Shown here one piece after another: positions 24,446-38,165 of a DNA stretch of 64,000 nt. The notes below the pieces were generated by a model. That model worked only from the letters and a program-made list of their open reading frames with translations. It was not told the DNA's origin and made no database searches. Both the position numbers and the translations under genes were made by a program. How positions within the stretch are numbered: position 1 is the stretch's first letter; each line of letters opens with the position of its first letter. The stretch covers positions 9,920,001 to 9,984,000 of the forward strand of contig NC_090357.1 in assembly GCF_035084215.1 (NCBI RefSeq), given 5' to 3'. Origin of the DNA: Heptranchias perlo. Its lineage: Eukaryota.

Positions 24446-25026
24446 GAAAAACGGGTGCAAAGCATACCAATTTAGCAGTGGGACGGCCTGCACCCAATCT
24501 GCACAGGCATTGGTCCCATTGCTAAATACATGGGGCCCTTTAGGCGCCCTGGGCAGATGCCTAATACAGGCATTAGGCCATTTAAATATGTAAACTAGGG
24601 GCTTGACGCTTGGTGAAGAACCCCATCAAGAAATTTACTACTGATGAGTGCGGTAGGCGTTGTGCCTGCTACACTCAGGATTCTTCAGCAGCCCCCAACG
24701 AAATGGAGGGGAATTTTTTTTTAAACATTCCTGTGGAGCCGGAGGTGCAGGAGTGCTCCCCTGACTCCACTGGAGCAGCGATCAAACCCTACCACCCCCC
24801 CCCCCCCCCCCCCACCTTCCATACCACCCAGTAGCCTGCTCCAAATGCTCTCTCCCGGGATTTACCTGAAGGTCACTGCCAGCTAGGCAGGCAGCCCGAT
24901 ATTGAAGTCTTCGCTCGGGCGAGCTGCCTGTTCAGAGACCAGCACCGGCAGATCGCGCCAAAAATGCTGATGAGACCCAAGGACCAGTTTCCATTGCTCC
25001 ACGGACCTAGACCAAAATCTACCCCT
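24446..25026. mobile_element. Harbinger-like non-autonomous element remnant
   Basis: GC-rich, shares motifs with 40971-41647 (TTAGGCC..CCTGTGGAGCC..CTCC), and ends in the TIR-like AAAATCTACCCC. Confidence 0.45.
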
Positions 25027-27142
25027 CAGATGTCATTACTTCACAGATCATCTCTTTGCAAGCTTCTGCTTACAAAGCTGGGACAGCGCCTCGCAAAACA
25101 CTCACTAGATGACAGTGCCCTTTTAATTCTGAGCAATTGCCTAGATAACCTTTATCAGAAAATATTGGACTGGAGGCTGCTGCAGTCTGTGAATCCTGCC
25201 TCCAATCATTTTGAGCTGATGGCTATAATTACTAATTTTATGTTACTAAAATGAATGAAATCTTACCGTGTATATCATACTAAAATTAATGAAGTATTCT
25301 GTTCAGTTTTTGCCATGTAGAAGGTTAAATCGCAGTACATACGTTGCTGGGGGTGTATAGCGTAAAGGCAGAGGGAAACATAGCAACAAAATGCCACTTT
25401 TTCTGCTCACTTCTCAAAGTCATGGGTGTAAATTGCATGCCAACAGTAAATCCCTTTCTCGCTCTTGTCCAAATTTTTTTTAATGAATTGAACACGACCA
25501 TCACTGCACCCACAGTGACTGGGTGAAAATCAGAATGTGTTCACTTGCACCACTGCACCCATTGTGGATTGGTACTGCTAATAATTGATACAAATAACTC
25601 CTTTGCTTTCCTTATTCTATAGCAGAAAAACCTGATGCCATGCTGTGACTGCAGCCTAAATTTTAAACACTCAAAATCCTCACTTTCCTCTTAGTTTAGC
25701 AGCTTATTTCAGAGGGTGGGATCGGCAGTTGATATGTAGCCATCATAGCATCATTGATTGTCAGGCCTTTCGAGGGTAAAATAAATGCCTGTCCTTTTTA
25801 GCCCACTGTGAAAACTTGGCTATGCACAAGTTCCTGTCTGATGTTTCTCTGTTGTGAATGGAAAAAAAATACACAATTGAATCCCAGCAAACACATAATT
25901 TCCCTCTTCTTTTCTGGGGGAAGAAGGAGTATAGTTCCAATGAGGGATGAAGAGGGAGGAGGGTTAGTTAGGATGAAAGCAGTCCTCCAGAACCTCAGTT
26001 AGAGGTAACTCTTTATTTGTCCATCTAGCTTGTGAGCTATAGTTTGACTCTGCGTATATAGGGTGATGGGAGATCATCCCAACCAATCTTAATCCTGTCC
26101 CCAGCTTTAGCAGGAGTCCCTGAACGGGAACCAGGAGCTATCTGGCGTGTTATCGAGCTGTAATGGTAAGACAGTAGGGTTGGTATTCTGGTAGGATGAG
26201 ATCAAATGGGCTGAAGGGCCTGAACCTAACTTGCGATTGAGTGAGAAACCCCTGCTGGAGCGTGTGCATGTACATGGATATCAGGTGAAGAAAGGATCAC
26301 GTGCAGTTGCAATTAGCTCCCAAGGTCAAATAGCTTATCTCCCAGTCTAGGCTCAGATGTGAAGAATGGTCATTTGGTTGGGATCCCAGAGGGTGTCTGA
26401 CATCTGTGAAACTATATCCCAGTATTAAGGAGAGGAAGAGAAAAAAATTGGAGAAAAAAACTGATGGCAAGCTGAGATAAATGGATATTTTGAATCAGCC
26501 AAAACAATGAAAATACGATGCCTGAACCAATCAAAAAAAATTTCAATGACTGAATAACCCCCAGCAGCCCCCCCCCCAACACAAAATAAATAAAATGTAT
26601 TTATTCAAATATCATCCTACAAAAGGACACCATCACCTCACCCTCCCAACTCCAGTCTCAAACTGACACTGAGAAACAATCAAGACCACATCGCCTCACC
26701 TCTCCATGTGTATAACTCCAGACTTGAACGGTCAATAGGCTCTAAAATGGTGGTGAACAATCAGGAAATAATACTTAGATCATTTGAAAGATTACGATTG
26801 GGGTAATTCCTGCCAGGCCTTTGTGTTATATAGTTGGTGCCATTTGATCTACTTTTACATTTAGGTCTTTTGTAGCAAGGGTCACAGGAGACCAACATTC
26901 TGTGCACTTTCTCCCCATGTTTACATTGAAAAATCTGGCTCCCATATCTTAACAGCAGAATCATAGGCTCATTAAAACATCAGTCCATCATCGGGATAAG
27001 AAAATCAGATTTAGCAATGTAAACGCAGGGATCCAGCATTATTAGTCATTTTTTTAAATCTCTCTCAATTACATTGTTTTAAAAATCTTTTAGTCACCCT
27101 AAATCCCTTTTCAAATTTACATGCCAACTCATAATAGATGTG

Positions 27143-27165
27143 TATATATATATATATATATATAT
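27143..27165. repeat. (TA)n microsatellite
   Basis: Directly visible TA run. Confidence 0.95.
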
Positions 27166-27739
27166 CAACATATAGTCTCATTAAACTATACATGACTTCC
27201 TGCTATCCCCCTCTACAGAAAGCCAGAGAATCAATCAAATCCCACATTTTATTTGTTCTGAATGCTCATCCTGTTCATATATCTGCAACACCTCAATCCT
27301 TAATCTGATCCGCAACAGGAGCCCATCTTCTTGTGAAAACATTCTCTTATATGTGAAGTTAAAATGTATTTTTTTCTAGTGAATACTGACCACTATCTAT
27401 TTATAAAGATGTCCTCTCAACTCTTCTCTATGAACGACATCTGTCTTTTTGCTACGAATGGACTTGGTTGAGAGCATTTTTTAATTTCTTGGCATTTTGA
27501 AACATCAGATACATTTTCCTAATGAGCCTGTTCTGGGGTCCCATGGAATATCAGCACCTGTTGTCAGGACTATAAGCCGAGAAATGACTATTTGTGATAT
27601 TAGTGGTCAATGTGTTCGTATGACAGTCTTTTGCTATTTTAAGGATGGTGTTAGCCCATTTTAGCAGTTAATGCTGATGTTAAAATAATGGGCAGCACAA
27701 TGTCATTATGAATCTGTCATGTGTTGATACATAGCTACA

Positions 27740-28050
27740 ACTGGGGGCCGCCCATGGAAACTGAGGAAGGAGGGAATGAGATTGGATATCCAGACGTTTT
27801 ACTTATCCCAGAAGGTGATCGGGCACTGGTGCAGGATTTCAGAGGAGGTAGTGAAGACTAAATAGTCCTTCAAGGCGGCCATTGATGGACTTCTGAAAAA
27901 GGTACAATCACAGCACGTGCTAAATAATCCTGGGTGACAATTAATCGATTTGGGGCTTCTTAGCATCTGCCTGATTGCTTATGAGGGGTCAGTGAGGAAC
28001 TCTCTGCTACTGATCAAAGTGACATTCACCTCATGAGACACTGTTGAACT
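27740..28050 (+). mobile_element. Old CR1 LINE 3' end
   Basis: GRPWKLRK..MRLDI.RFYLSQKVI..W...EEVV, a decayed CR1 C-terminus. Confidence 0.6.
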
Positions 28051-28384
28051 CTATAACATGGCTGAAGAAGGCAGTAGTTGGTCATGGTGACTTGGAGTGT
28101 CAAAATTCAATGAAGAAAATTGCAAGTTGGTTTAGTCTGCACAGATCCATCTTCTAATTATTGAGTTCATTAAAGTTTCAGTCATGGTTCCCTGGTGCAT
28201 TATGGCTATGTTTAATTCAATGTGGAAAATACATTCCTCTGAAAATTACTTCCAGTGTGGTAACAGATGTGATATCATTACCATAAACAGGATACTGATT
28301 GGATATGTATCTGTTAGTACGTTTTGTAAAAAATACCTTACATGACTTTCACTGAATTCTGGTGAGTATCATCTGTGAACAGGC

Positions 28385-28558
28385 AAGAAAGAAAGAAGAA
28401 CTTGCGCCTTTCACGATCCCAGGACGTCCCGAGGCATTTTACAGCCAATGATGTACTTTTGATGTGTAGTCATTGTTCTAATGTAGGGAAACGCGGCAGT
28501 CAATTTGCACACAGCAAAGTCCCACGAATAGCAACGTGATAATGGATCAGATAATCTG
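28385..28558 (-). mobile_element. DeuSINE 3' half
   Basis: The reverse complement matches 20935-21100. Confidence 0.8.
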
Positions 28559-29439
28559 TATGTAGGATCACACATGGAAAACGGCCACATAGATCAAGAT
28601 GCCAGAAAACAGCTGGTGGCTCTGAAATCATCGCCCAGCCTTCAAGGAAGGATGTGAGGAAAGGGAAGGAAATTAGGGAAAAAAACCTAAATACAAAGTA
28701 GTACTTGGCATCAATTAGTTAAACTCAGATGTGGTGATTTTAACAAAAAAACAATTTGACAGAAGGCTTCTCTGTAGTCTAAGGTTACTAAGTACCAGCC
28801 AACAATCTATCTGCTAATGTAGAGAAAAAAATACAGTGTCGTTCAGGATTTGTGGTGGTAGAAGATTAGGATAATAGGGTCAGTGTGCTGCCAGAATTAG
28901 TTTAATGTACTTGAGGACCGACTAGTTTCTATTATATTGCCACAGATACAAGGCCAGCTGTACTTTGCAAGTACTCATTTTAGCATTAAGTTGATATGTC
29001 TTCAACCATGTTATAATTGTCTACAGAAAGAATATTTAATTGTATTTAAAAGGTCAGCATGATTACTCATTACTCCAAAGCTCAGGAGGTGAAATTTAAT
29101 GGCTACATTTCACAAAATTTCACATTCTTTGAGGTAGTGCTAGTATTTTCCATCTCCTTCACAATGAGACAAAGAGATATTAAGACTAGCTGAAGCAATG
29201 GTTTAACTCTAAATATCAAGTAATGATAAATGATGGTTTACTGAAACAGTGGCTAGTGTAGTTAGTGGCTTATTTTTCATCACACGAATGTTCACAGATG
29301 GTATTTTAGTACAGTATCTCCTCTACTATAAGCCTGCCTTTGAGAGCTATAAACAAAGCCTGTTATAGTGATGAGCATTTTATATGCAGGATGTTTTATA
29401 TGTTCTTGATTAGAAGTCATAACTATGTACCTTTATTTC

Positions 29440-29730
29440 CCCTTTTTGATGCTCTCCCTTCCTCTGCTGAAGGTGGTGATTCATGTGGAGGTACTGTTCA
29501 GTGGAAATCAGTTGTCCTCTGGTGTCTCACCCGGAAACCAGAAGACGGTGAGTGTCAACAGGCTATGGCGAGCAACACAGCCAATGTCCATACATGTGCG
29601 CTGTCCATCAAACAAGATCAGGAACAATCCCTGAATGATTTTCTCTTTCCCCCCCCCTCCATAGCCTGGGCACACTGAGGCTAGTTGTAGTGCCCCCATC
29701 ACCGACCTGGCTGAGATCACCTAACTCAGA
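29440..29730 (-). mobile_element. AmnSINE2-like SINE
   Basis: GGCTGAGATCACCTAACTCAG is the reverse complement of the family core. Confidence 0.7.
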
Positions 29731-31173
29731 CAAATTATTTTACATCAGAGGTTATGGCGTATGAGAGAATGTTACAGTGAAGGGTTACTGTAGCTTCCAT
29801 GTTCATGCGAAATCACCCCCCCCCACACACACTTAGTTTTCAGCAGGTATGGAGAGGTGTTTGCTCACCAACCATATGCATGTCAACCATCCACATTTGA
29901 ACAGAATGAAAATCGGGAGAGGTGTGTAATAGCCGGCTGAATTGATATCTCCCATTTTACAATATCACCCAAAGTCAAAATTATCCCTCAAGTAACCAAT
30001 TTGTTGTAAGTCAAAAATGTATGGCGTGTTTAACATTTCACTGAAACCAGGTCAAAGGCAGTGGAATAACATAGATAAGTCATACGTCCACATACTTGAT
30101 CCTTGGGCTAAATTTTGACGACACTCCAGTTGTTCATTTTCAAAGCTTCCACCATGCAATCTTCAGCAGCACAGCTCAGCCAATCTTTTGAGAAATTGGA
30201 TTAATAATGGACTAATTTAATAAGAATCCGGAGCAACACGCTCTCTGGCAGTTGATTAAAGGCACTCTGATAACTACATCTAGTGAGGAAATGTTGCTCG
30301 CTCAGATGAGTGTTTCGATATGCCCTGGACAGTCCTCTTGCAATGAACTTTTTTTTATTCATTCATGGGATGTGGGCGTCGCTGGCTATGACGTGTTGGT
30401 ATTGTGAGATGTATTAGGTACAAGTTCTTCAGTTTTCTACTTTAACCATGATGTTTTAGAATATATCAGAATGTTATAGAATGTTCTGGTAGGAATTTAA
30501 GAATGCTTTAAGATTCTAGTAAAAAAATCTACTTCGTTACAGGCCTAGGTTTTGTTATTCCATATGACAGTGTAGTTTCTCATGCAGTATACCATTATGT
30601 GACCCTTTGGTCCATGAGGTTTCCGCTTAGGGGAAGGGAGGTTGTTTTGAACTATTGGGGATATAGGCATTGAAGACATTTGTGTAACTTTACAACTGTG
30701 ACTAGATTTCAAAAGTATTTTGTTGGTTGTAAAGTGCTTTTCACTATTGTTTACCTCGACATTGAAAAGATAAAGGCACGCTCCAGATTGTTGGGGATGC
30801 AAGGTCCGCTTATGGGAGTGGTCAGTGATGCTGAACCCAAGAAAATATCTAGTGTAAAACCTAAAAATGTAACTGGCACTCTAAATCAGTTGGTCTTATT
30901 GTAGATGCCTGTTGTAAAGGATTTCAGTTCATAAGCATGGTGTATCTCTGTGAAAATTCCCAATTAAAGAAATTGGACCCGGGACTCTGTAAAGTTGTGT
31001 TGAAGTTTGTACAGCTCCTTATTTCACATTTAAATTATCTGTAATCCTTTCAGGATCAATTGTTTTTGGCTTGGAAAAGCAGATTTACTAAATCGTGCAA
31101 ATTACACTAAATAAAGTGTCAAACATCAGTATTTTCTAGAGGCTGTGCCCTCACCTATTCCCAGAAAAATAAC

Positions 31174-31587
31174 TTTTTTTTATTCGTTCATGGGATGTGG
31201 GTGTCGCTGGCAAGGCCAGCATTTATTGCCCATCCCTAATTGCCCTTGAGAAGGTGGTGGTGAGCCGCCTTCTTGAACCTCTGCAGTCCGTCTGGTGAAG
31301 GTTCTCCCACAGTGCTGTTAGGAAGGGAGTTCCAGGATTTTGACCCAGCGACGATGAAGGAACGGCGATATATTTCCAAATCGGGATGGTGTGTGACTTG
31401 GAGGGGAATGTGCAGGTGGTGTTGTTCCCATGTGCCTGCTGCTCTTGTCCTTCTAGGTGGTAGAGGTCGCGGGTCTGGGAGGTGCTGTCGAAGAAGCCTT
31501 GGCGTGTTGCTGCAGTGCATCCTGTGGATGGTACACAGTGCAGCCACAGTGCGCCGGTGGTGAAGGGAGTGAATGTTTAGGGTGGTT
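31174..31587 (-). mobile_element. LINE family B 3' fragment (about 415 bp, young)
   Basis: Open C-terminal frame TTLNIHSLHHRRTV...HHHLLKGN* plus 3' UTR and A-tail. Confidence 0.95.
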
Positions 31588-33779
31588 GCATCTTCAGCAC
31601 TCATGTCCCCCTAAGGAATTTCTCAATTCATCACGACTGCAAACTGCAACTTTTGTACTTTAGGTTTGATCCCCTGCGACTGAAGTGATGGAATTCTGGA
31701 ATTCTTCCAGCTTAAGTCATGAAAAGCCTGTGTACCACTGTACTTTCAGTCTCCCTCCTTACCTTCACATTGCCATAGGACTTATACTCTGGACTTTGTT
31801 GAGCTGTCAGTTTTCTTTTTGGCTGTATCAGCTTTTTTTTAAAGCCATTAATCAGCTTTTTGCTAGTTTTCCAGGTCGGAAATGAATAAATGCAACAGTT
31901 CAACTTGGTACAGTCATCATTTTCTGAATGACATTATTTATTGTCATGCTACCCGGCTAAAACAGGTGAAGTGCATATTTGCATCAGGCATTTTGAAACA
32001 CTCTAACACATACAATCAGGACCGATGATTTGTTGAAAAATAGTTACTGGTGACACAGGATTTGCAACCACCCTTCGTTTGTGTTCAGAGGTCCCCATTA
32101 ATCCTAAGTTCTTATATGGGAAAAGACTGTAAACACAATCAGATGATGAGGCCTCAGGCAAGGCAAAAGTTATGTCATGCTGTTCACGACTTTTTGCAGC
32201 TTAGTAAGAAACTATAACGAGGCCAACTCTTCCGCTTGTAGTACCCAAGGACTAGGCGGAAATATTTGTGCTGTTGAGGTTTGTTGGATTCTTGACTTCG
32301 CTGACCTTTTATAGAGCTATGCTTTTTTTTTGCATTTTTAAAAGATTTTTGCATCCAATCCCCTGATGTTTCTAAGGTCTTGTCAAGTGTCTATTTTAAA
32401 TGTAAAGGTGTTTTGTTTCATGAACTAACTGTCATCACACTTTGAGTTCTATTTGGGAATTCTCTGAAGGCAGAACCATGTCTACATTGCAGAGCTTAAA
32501 AAAACAGGCTGCCAGCTCACCTCCACACTAATTTAGCCTTGAGGTGTCCCAGAGATTTTCCATCCCAGTCTGCTCTCTCCCTAGACTGACTACATGTACT
32601 AGACGTTATATTATCCAGGGGAAAGTTATTTATGTAATGCTCAGATTTGTAATGTAATTAGTCAGGTAGCCCTTATTTGCGCACCCATGGCCACAAACAG
32701 TTATGTACAGGAACTCCTTCAAGAAGCCTTAATCCCATACGTCGGGTATCAGAGCTCTGAGTAGAAATTAAATACAACTTTCTGCAACTCAAAAATCTTG
32801 GAGGCCCAATGCACAGCTGCAGGCATCCAGCCGTGCTTAAATTTGCACCTTTTTTTTAGGTACAAGGGCCAGCCATTAGGCGGGCTGTCACTTGGGGTTC
32901 GCCCAAGCCATTAAGCGACCTCGGGGATGAAAATGCACTGTCTTCCTCACTGAGTGTCCAGAGAGGAAAATCTCCCCTAGTTTCTTTTGACCTCTGAGGT
33001 ACATTGCGTTGCTTATTGTTGATGGAAGATTAGGGGCTGATAGTGTGATGGCTAATGCCCATTGAACCGATGCACACTGGCTCCCCATATTATCAGGCAT
33101 GGATTCCTAAGGTCTACCACCTGTTGGATGTGCCTAGCGTGCCTTTAAGCTTGATGTCTGTACATAGACTGTGCACAAGGCTTATTATAGCCTACAATTT
33201 TATTTAAATGAAGGGCGGTCCCCATAATGCGACTGGAAGGTGATATCAGTGGCCTATACACTCATTGCCTGTGTAAAACGGAAACTGTGAGGTAAGCTTT
33301 TTCCCTTCGGTTAGTTTCTTGTGTTTAAGACACATTGCTATTTTTGCTGTGTTTCTTAGCAACTGATTTGCTTCTGCATGATTTTGGTCTTGTTGGAATT
33401 TTCTTCTACTACTTGGAATTTTTCTGACAGTTATTTAAAGCCGTACAGCATCCTTTCTCTCCGAATTGTTAGTACAGCTGCAGCTGTTTGCTCATAACGC
33501 TAATGTTAGCTCTGTAAAAACCCTAAATACAAAGAACTTTTCATGTACAATAGGCTTATGCAGAAAAAGTTATACTTTTCTTTAAACAAAAAAAAAACCA
33601 CAAGAGGCTGAGGATATTGTGAACGAACGGACAGGAAGTGGGGGATCAGGAGATGCCAATGGGTATTCCTCCTTATTTGCAGGCTCTGGAAGAAGGGGAG
33701 CAGAAAAGGTACATCAGACAGACACAGTAACACTTTCCACGTTCCATTTGGACACGTCCATATGCTGAGACTACAGGGC

Positions 33780-34410
33780 CAAGTTACCTGAACCTATCTG
33801 AAGAAGCCTGCCAGTGCTGACTAAGATTCTGAACAAAACCATCATTGAACTCTACACACTGCTGCAGCCAGACTTGGAGCCCAGTTACAGCATGGTCGCA
33901 GCTCTGTCAGTCACTGTCAAGGTTATTGTTGCGTTGAACTTTTATGCAGCATGCTCCTTCCCAGAAGAGTCAGGAGATCTTTGCCACACCTTCCAATTGT
34001 GTCACGCAGATATTGGGCACATTGTTTGTCAGGGCTAGAAAGACCCTTGTAATTCTACTATGCAAATAGCTTTCCACCAGTGCAGGGTATAATTCACCGC
34101 ACTCATGTGGTCATATGTGCCTCTAGTCCGAACACAAGACCATTCCATGAATACGCAAGTAGTCCGCGCCCACTGCAACAGCACCATGCACATGAATGCT
34201 CCCTGACAGCTCTCATGACTTGTTCATCCTGTTCATTCTCCGTGCCAACCTTATGTGAAGGGCAAAGGAGATACCGGGGATGATTTCTGTGAGAACCAGG
34301 AAAGTAAGGAATGCTATAATGGCATAGTACTTGGTACTTGATACTTGTTCCATTTAATAGGTTACACGAGCAGCATTATGATATAACCATGGAGGGACAG
34401 AAAGAAATGA
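33780..34410 (+). pseudogene. PIF/Harbinger (HARBI1-like) DDE transposase relic
   Basis: SYLNLSEEAC..LRF, IELYTLLQPDLEP..ALSVTVKVIVALNFYAACSF..SGDLC, and VQGIIHRTHV (degenerate IDCTH). Confidence 0.85.
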
Positions 34411-34519
34411 TCCTACCTGTATTTTCACAAAGTTCAGCAGTTTGCTCTGTTTCCTGCATTCTCCCTTTCTGATGGTGGACCAAATTTCCATTGAGGAGCA
34501 ATAAAGAAGCTCGGTGAAA

Positions 34520-34760
34520 CAATCTTCCCTTGGCACATCTACCTGGGCAATTTTGTATAGGCCTAAAAATACCTTCCTCACCTGTTCCTGGGTTAGGGCC
34601 ATTGGTGAGACTGCACTGAGGTGCTTTTCCATCTCCACTCCTGCTGCTCTGGCTGTACCTTTAATTGCAGGGCGTCCCTCTCCACCAAACAGAGACACTC
34701 TTCACTGCAGGGCTTCCTTCAATAGGACCTCCAAAACCTGGTTCTGCCTCAACCAATTTT
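34520..34760 (-). pseudogene. Harbinger Myb/SANT-like accessory gene relic, convergent with the transposase
   Basis: VLEVLLKEAL..RVSLFGGEGRP...LTQEQVRKVFLGLYK, a trihelix-like pattern. Confidence 0.65.
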
Positions 34761-37509
34761 TGTGTGGAAAACAAAGTATACCTTTAAGGGCAGCTGGCGA
34801 CCCTTTAAGGGATCTTAGACTGGAAATCTTGCCTTGGCACACTCTCAATGTGTAATGTACTACGCACTGGCAGGACTGTCAAATTTATAAATGACTTCAT
34901 GGTTTTTGATGAGGTCTACTTATTTGGGCACAGTCACAGCTAGTACTTCAGGAGCAGCAGTCCCAGCAGTGTTGTGCCAGGATTGAATTATCTGTCCCTA
35001 GATCTTAGATTTTCAATAAAGGTAGGTAATACTTTCATTGTGGCAGGAAAGTTATTCCATTCAGTACCATGGCAAATGGATTGAGATAATACAATACACT
35101 GTATCATGTTGAAACAGTTACAATTGATCTCAATTAGTTAAGATGGGTGTGAACTGAATGCAATTCATTGGCTCCCAGTAAATACTAAAAAAAAATTGAA
35201 ATAAGGCTTGACACGTTCAGGTGTTTATTTGTCAAGTAGCTGATTCAAAAATATTCACTTAACCAAAATTGAGAGAACACTTACCGCAAATTGGATGACT
35301 GTGCCTCAGGTGAGACATTCCAGTGACTGCATCTCCAGAGCACCCAAGCCATGAACCACTTACACAATATACTTCTCTTGTGTGTGTAGGTTAACCTTTT
35401 CTTTATTGTGCTATGCACCAAAAATAAAGAGGCTGCTGCTAGAGAAGGATTGCATGAAGTCCCAGTGTGGTTACATATCACAAGACTGGTTCAACTGAAG
35501 AAAGTCCATCAGCCCATTTGATCATATCCTTCCAAAACACCAGTCTACGAGATCACAAGATTAATAACAAGGTAATATCATTGTTAAGTGCCAAATTCTC
35601 TCTTTTTGGCTGTTTAATGGTTTTAGTTTACAGCTATTTTGTTACAATGACATCAGTTAAAATTGCATAGGAAGGAAGTCTGGTCCCAGAAGCAGTCAGA
35701 TGTATTTTGGCCAAGCCCAGACTTCTTGGCTACTCCTTTGTTCAGATGCTTTTGGTGCGGAGGGACCTGTGAATTTTACTTGTTTTGGACTGTTTCTGAG
35801 ATTTCATATTTCAGGCTGGTATTGCCAGTGCTGGATGTTTTGTAATTACAGTTGCCGTTATTATTTGGGAATTGTAGATGTATGAGGGGTATTTTCCAAT
35901 GGGTGAAGTTCATATCCAACATGCTCAAACCACATTCCTCCGTATACTGTTGTTCGACAGCCATTAAGCGATTAATTTTAGTTAACCTGTAGTGCAAATG
36001 CATTAAGTGTTCGCAGCTCAACTTTGTCAATGGAAAACATAGCCCATTTTTTTGTCCCTTTATTGTTCCATTTTGCACCAGCTGAACTTCATTATGAAAA
36101 TCTTTATATAAAAAGTTTATTAAAAATGAAAGGAAGCTATATTTCTGTTCCATTTTCTTTGTTATATTGTAATCAATTTTGTAGATGCATTACCCCATAC
36201 TGTTTTTTTAATCAACCAATTATTAACATTTTAATGACTTGGAAATGCAATTTATGGAAAATTTAACCTGGTGACATGTTAATTTATTTTTATTTTTGTA
36301 AATTGTGTAACATGAAGGTTTTAATTCGGACAGTTGAAAGTAAAATATAATACTATAAAATCGCAGATGTGTGTACCTGCCTTAACACATAAGGGTAATG
36401 TTCTGTGGTATTGCAAAAGAATATTAACAAAAGAATGGACAATCCATATAACTTGTGCAATGAATCCTTTCAAATGTTCTGTTATTAAATTATACAATTA
36501 TTCATATTGATTGTTCAATTGCTATTTAATGGCTTATTCTATTTCTGTTACTAAACACCATTTGGCATTAATCTGTCTTATCAAGGATATGCAAAACTTG
36601 TATTTTTGTGCTAAGAATCTTGCTAACAAAACACTTTTACAAAGTGGTTTTATTCAACACTTTAAAAATAATATCTGACAAGCTTCAATATTCCTATTGC
36701 TTAGCTGCCAAAGGTATTCAAATAATCTGTACAGCCCATCAAAATAAAATATATCCGCCTTGGGGCATGTCGAGAAAAAGAAAGGTTCCAGTTGCCTGAT
36801 AATATTTTCATTAGAAGTCTGTGGTTGAGACAGGGGATGTAGATTGGAATTATCTGAAAGTGAGAATGAGAGTAACTCTTAGCAAAATATATACTTTATA
36901 GAGCCCTGTAATCTGGCAGAAAGCATAAACAACACCTCAATCTAACCCCGAATTAAAATGTCAAGAAGCATTTCAAGCATTTTTTTAAAAAAAGAATCTT
37001 TCTTGTTGAAGGTATTTACGGCCCCATGAATTACACAGGCTCCCATTCTCCCCTCTTGTAGCTCCTTTCAGGGCCACAAAAAAGGGCAGTTGAGAGGATG
37101 AAAAGATGGCCTGCACCTCATGCTGCTCATGAGACCAGAAGGTGTACAACCTGATTTTCCCTCTCCTTTGCAGAGAGATGCCTACTCTCTGCTCAGTGTA
37201 GTTTAGAATGGAGACTGAGTGGTGTGAGGAATTGATCCTCCATCCCTAGCACTGTCACAATACTACCGCCATGGTGCACATAGCTTTAAAGTCCATATGC
37301 CATTTAGGTAGATCATTTTTTTCTCTCCTGTTATTTCGTACTTACTTAGTTTAAGTTATATATTCTTAAGTCCAGCAGTTCTCCAAATGTAAATCTACAA
37401 TGCCGCCAGTCACATGAGCCACACGACATTTGTTTCTGTTTTGCTGCTTTAATGGACATCAAAATTATCTGGTGGCCTGGATACAGAAAGGGGAACCTTC
37501 CCATCAGTA

Positions 37510-38165
37510 TCCTTTGCTGTCCTATTTTTTTCTCTCCTGAAGGTACTGACTTATGCAGGGAGTCAGTTCCACAGACAACATGAAGCCATTTTTAATGTGT
37601 AAAGCTAGAAAATGAGTCTACAGGCTATTTGACAATGTGAAGGATCTCGGCCAAGCCTGATCCTGCCTTCACCTAGCATCTGCATGTTTGGGCGGGGGTC
37701 AATTGATAACAGCCAGGAATAGAAACCCTAGCTGAGTTTTCTCCTCCCATATTAGTGAGACTACTGTGAGACTATCGTATCAAGTGCATGAAATGTAATG
37801 TTATAGATAATTAATTTGCAGCATTTTTTTTTATCTGTTCTTTGTACTTTTTCTGCCAGTTTTCTTCAGTCTCTTCCTTTTCTCCTGAAGATGTTGCCTC
37901 CTTGTTCGGCTCCAAATCCATATAAAAGCTTAGCACATTTCAATAGCTCAACCAGGTGGCCGTTGTTCATGTGTGAGCCTAAGCAATGAATATCGGCAGA
38001 CCATTTGACTGATTTTCTCCTCCTTAATCCAGGTATGGACACCAATCATATTGCCCTGACCACTACCCCAGTGGAGATCAACGAACTCAGCACAGACCGG
38101 GAATTGAATCTGGCACATTCCCGCTCTATACGGCTCAGCCTTAACCAAATATACCATCTGGGAGC
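37510..38165 (-). mobile_element. Two tandem AmnSINE2-like SINEs
   Basis: Both begin on the + strand with TCTCCTGAAG tails (about 37530 and 37880). The second has AACTCAGCACAGACCGGGAATTGAA (B-box region). Confidence 0.7.

Noticed and set aside
30455-30520. Short AGAATGTT-like repeats as an array or CRISPR
   Set aside because: The units are irregular, about 10 bp and lack spacers. The context is eukaryotic and there are no cas genes.
35776-36153. 125-aa minus-strand ORF
   Set aside because: No recognisable domain, weak splice signals, and composition typical of AT-rich non-coding DNA.
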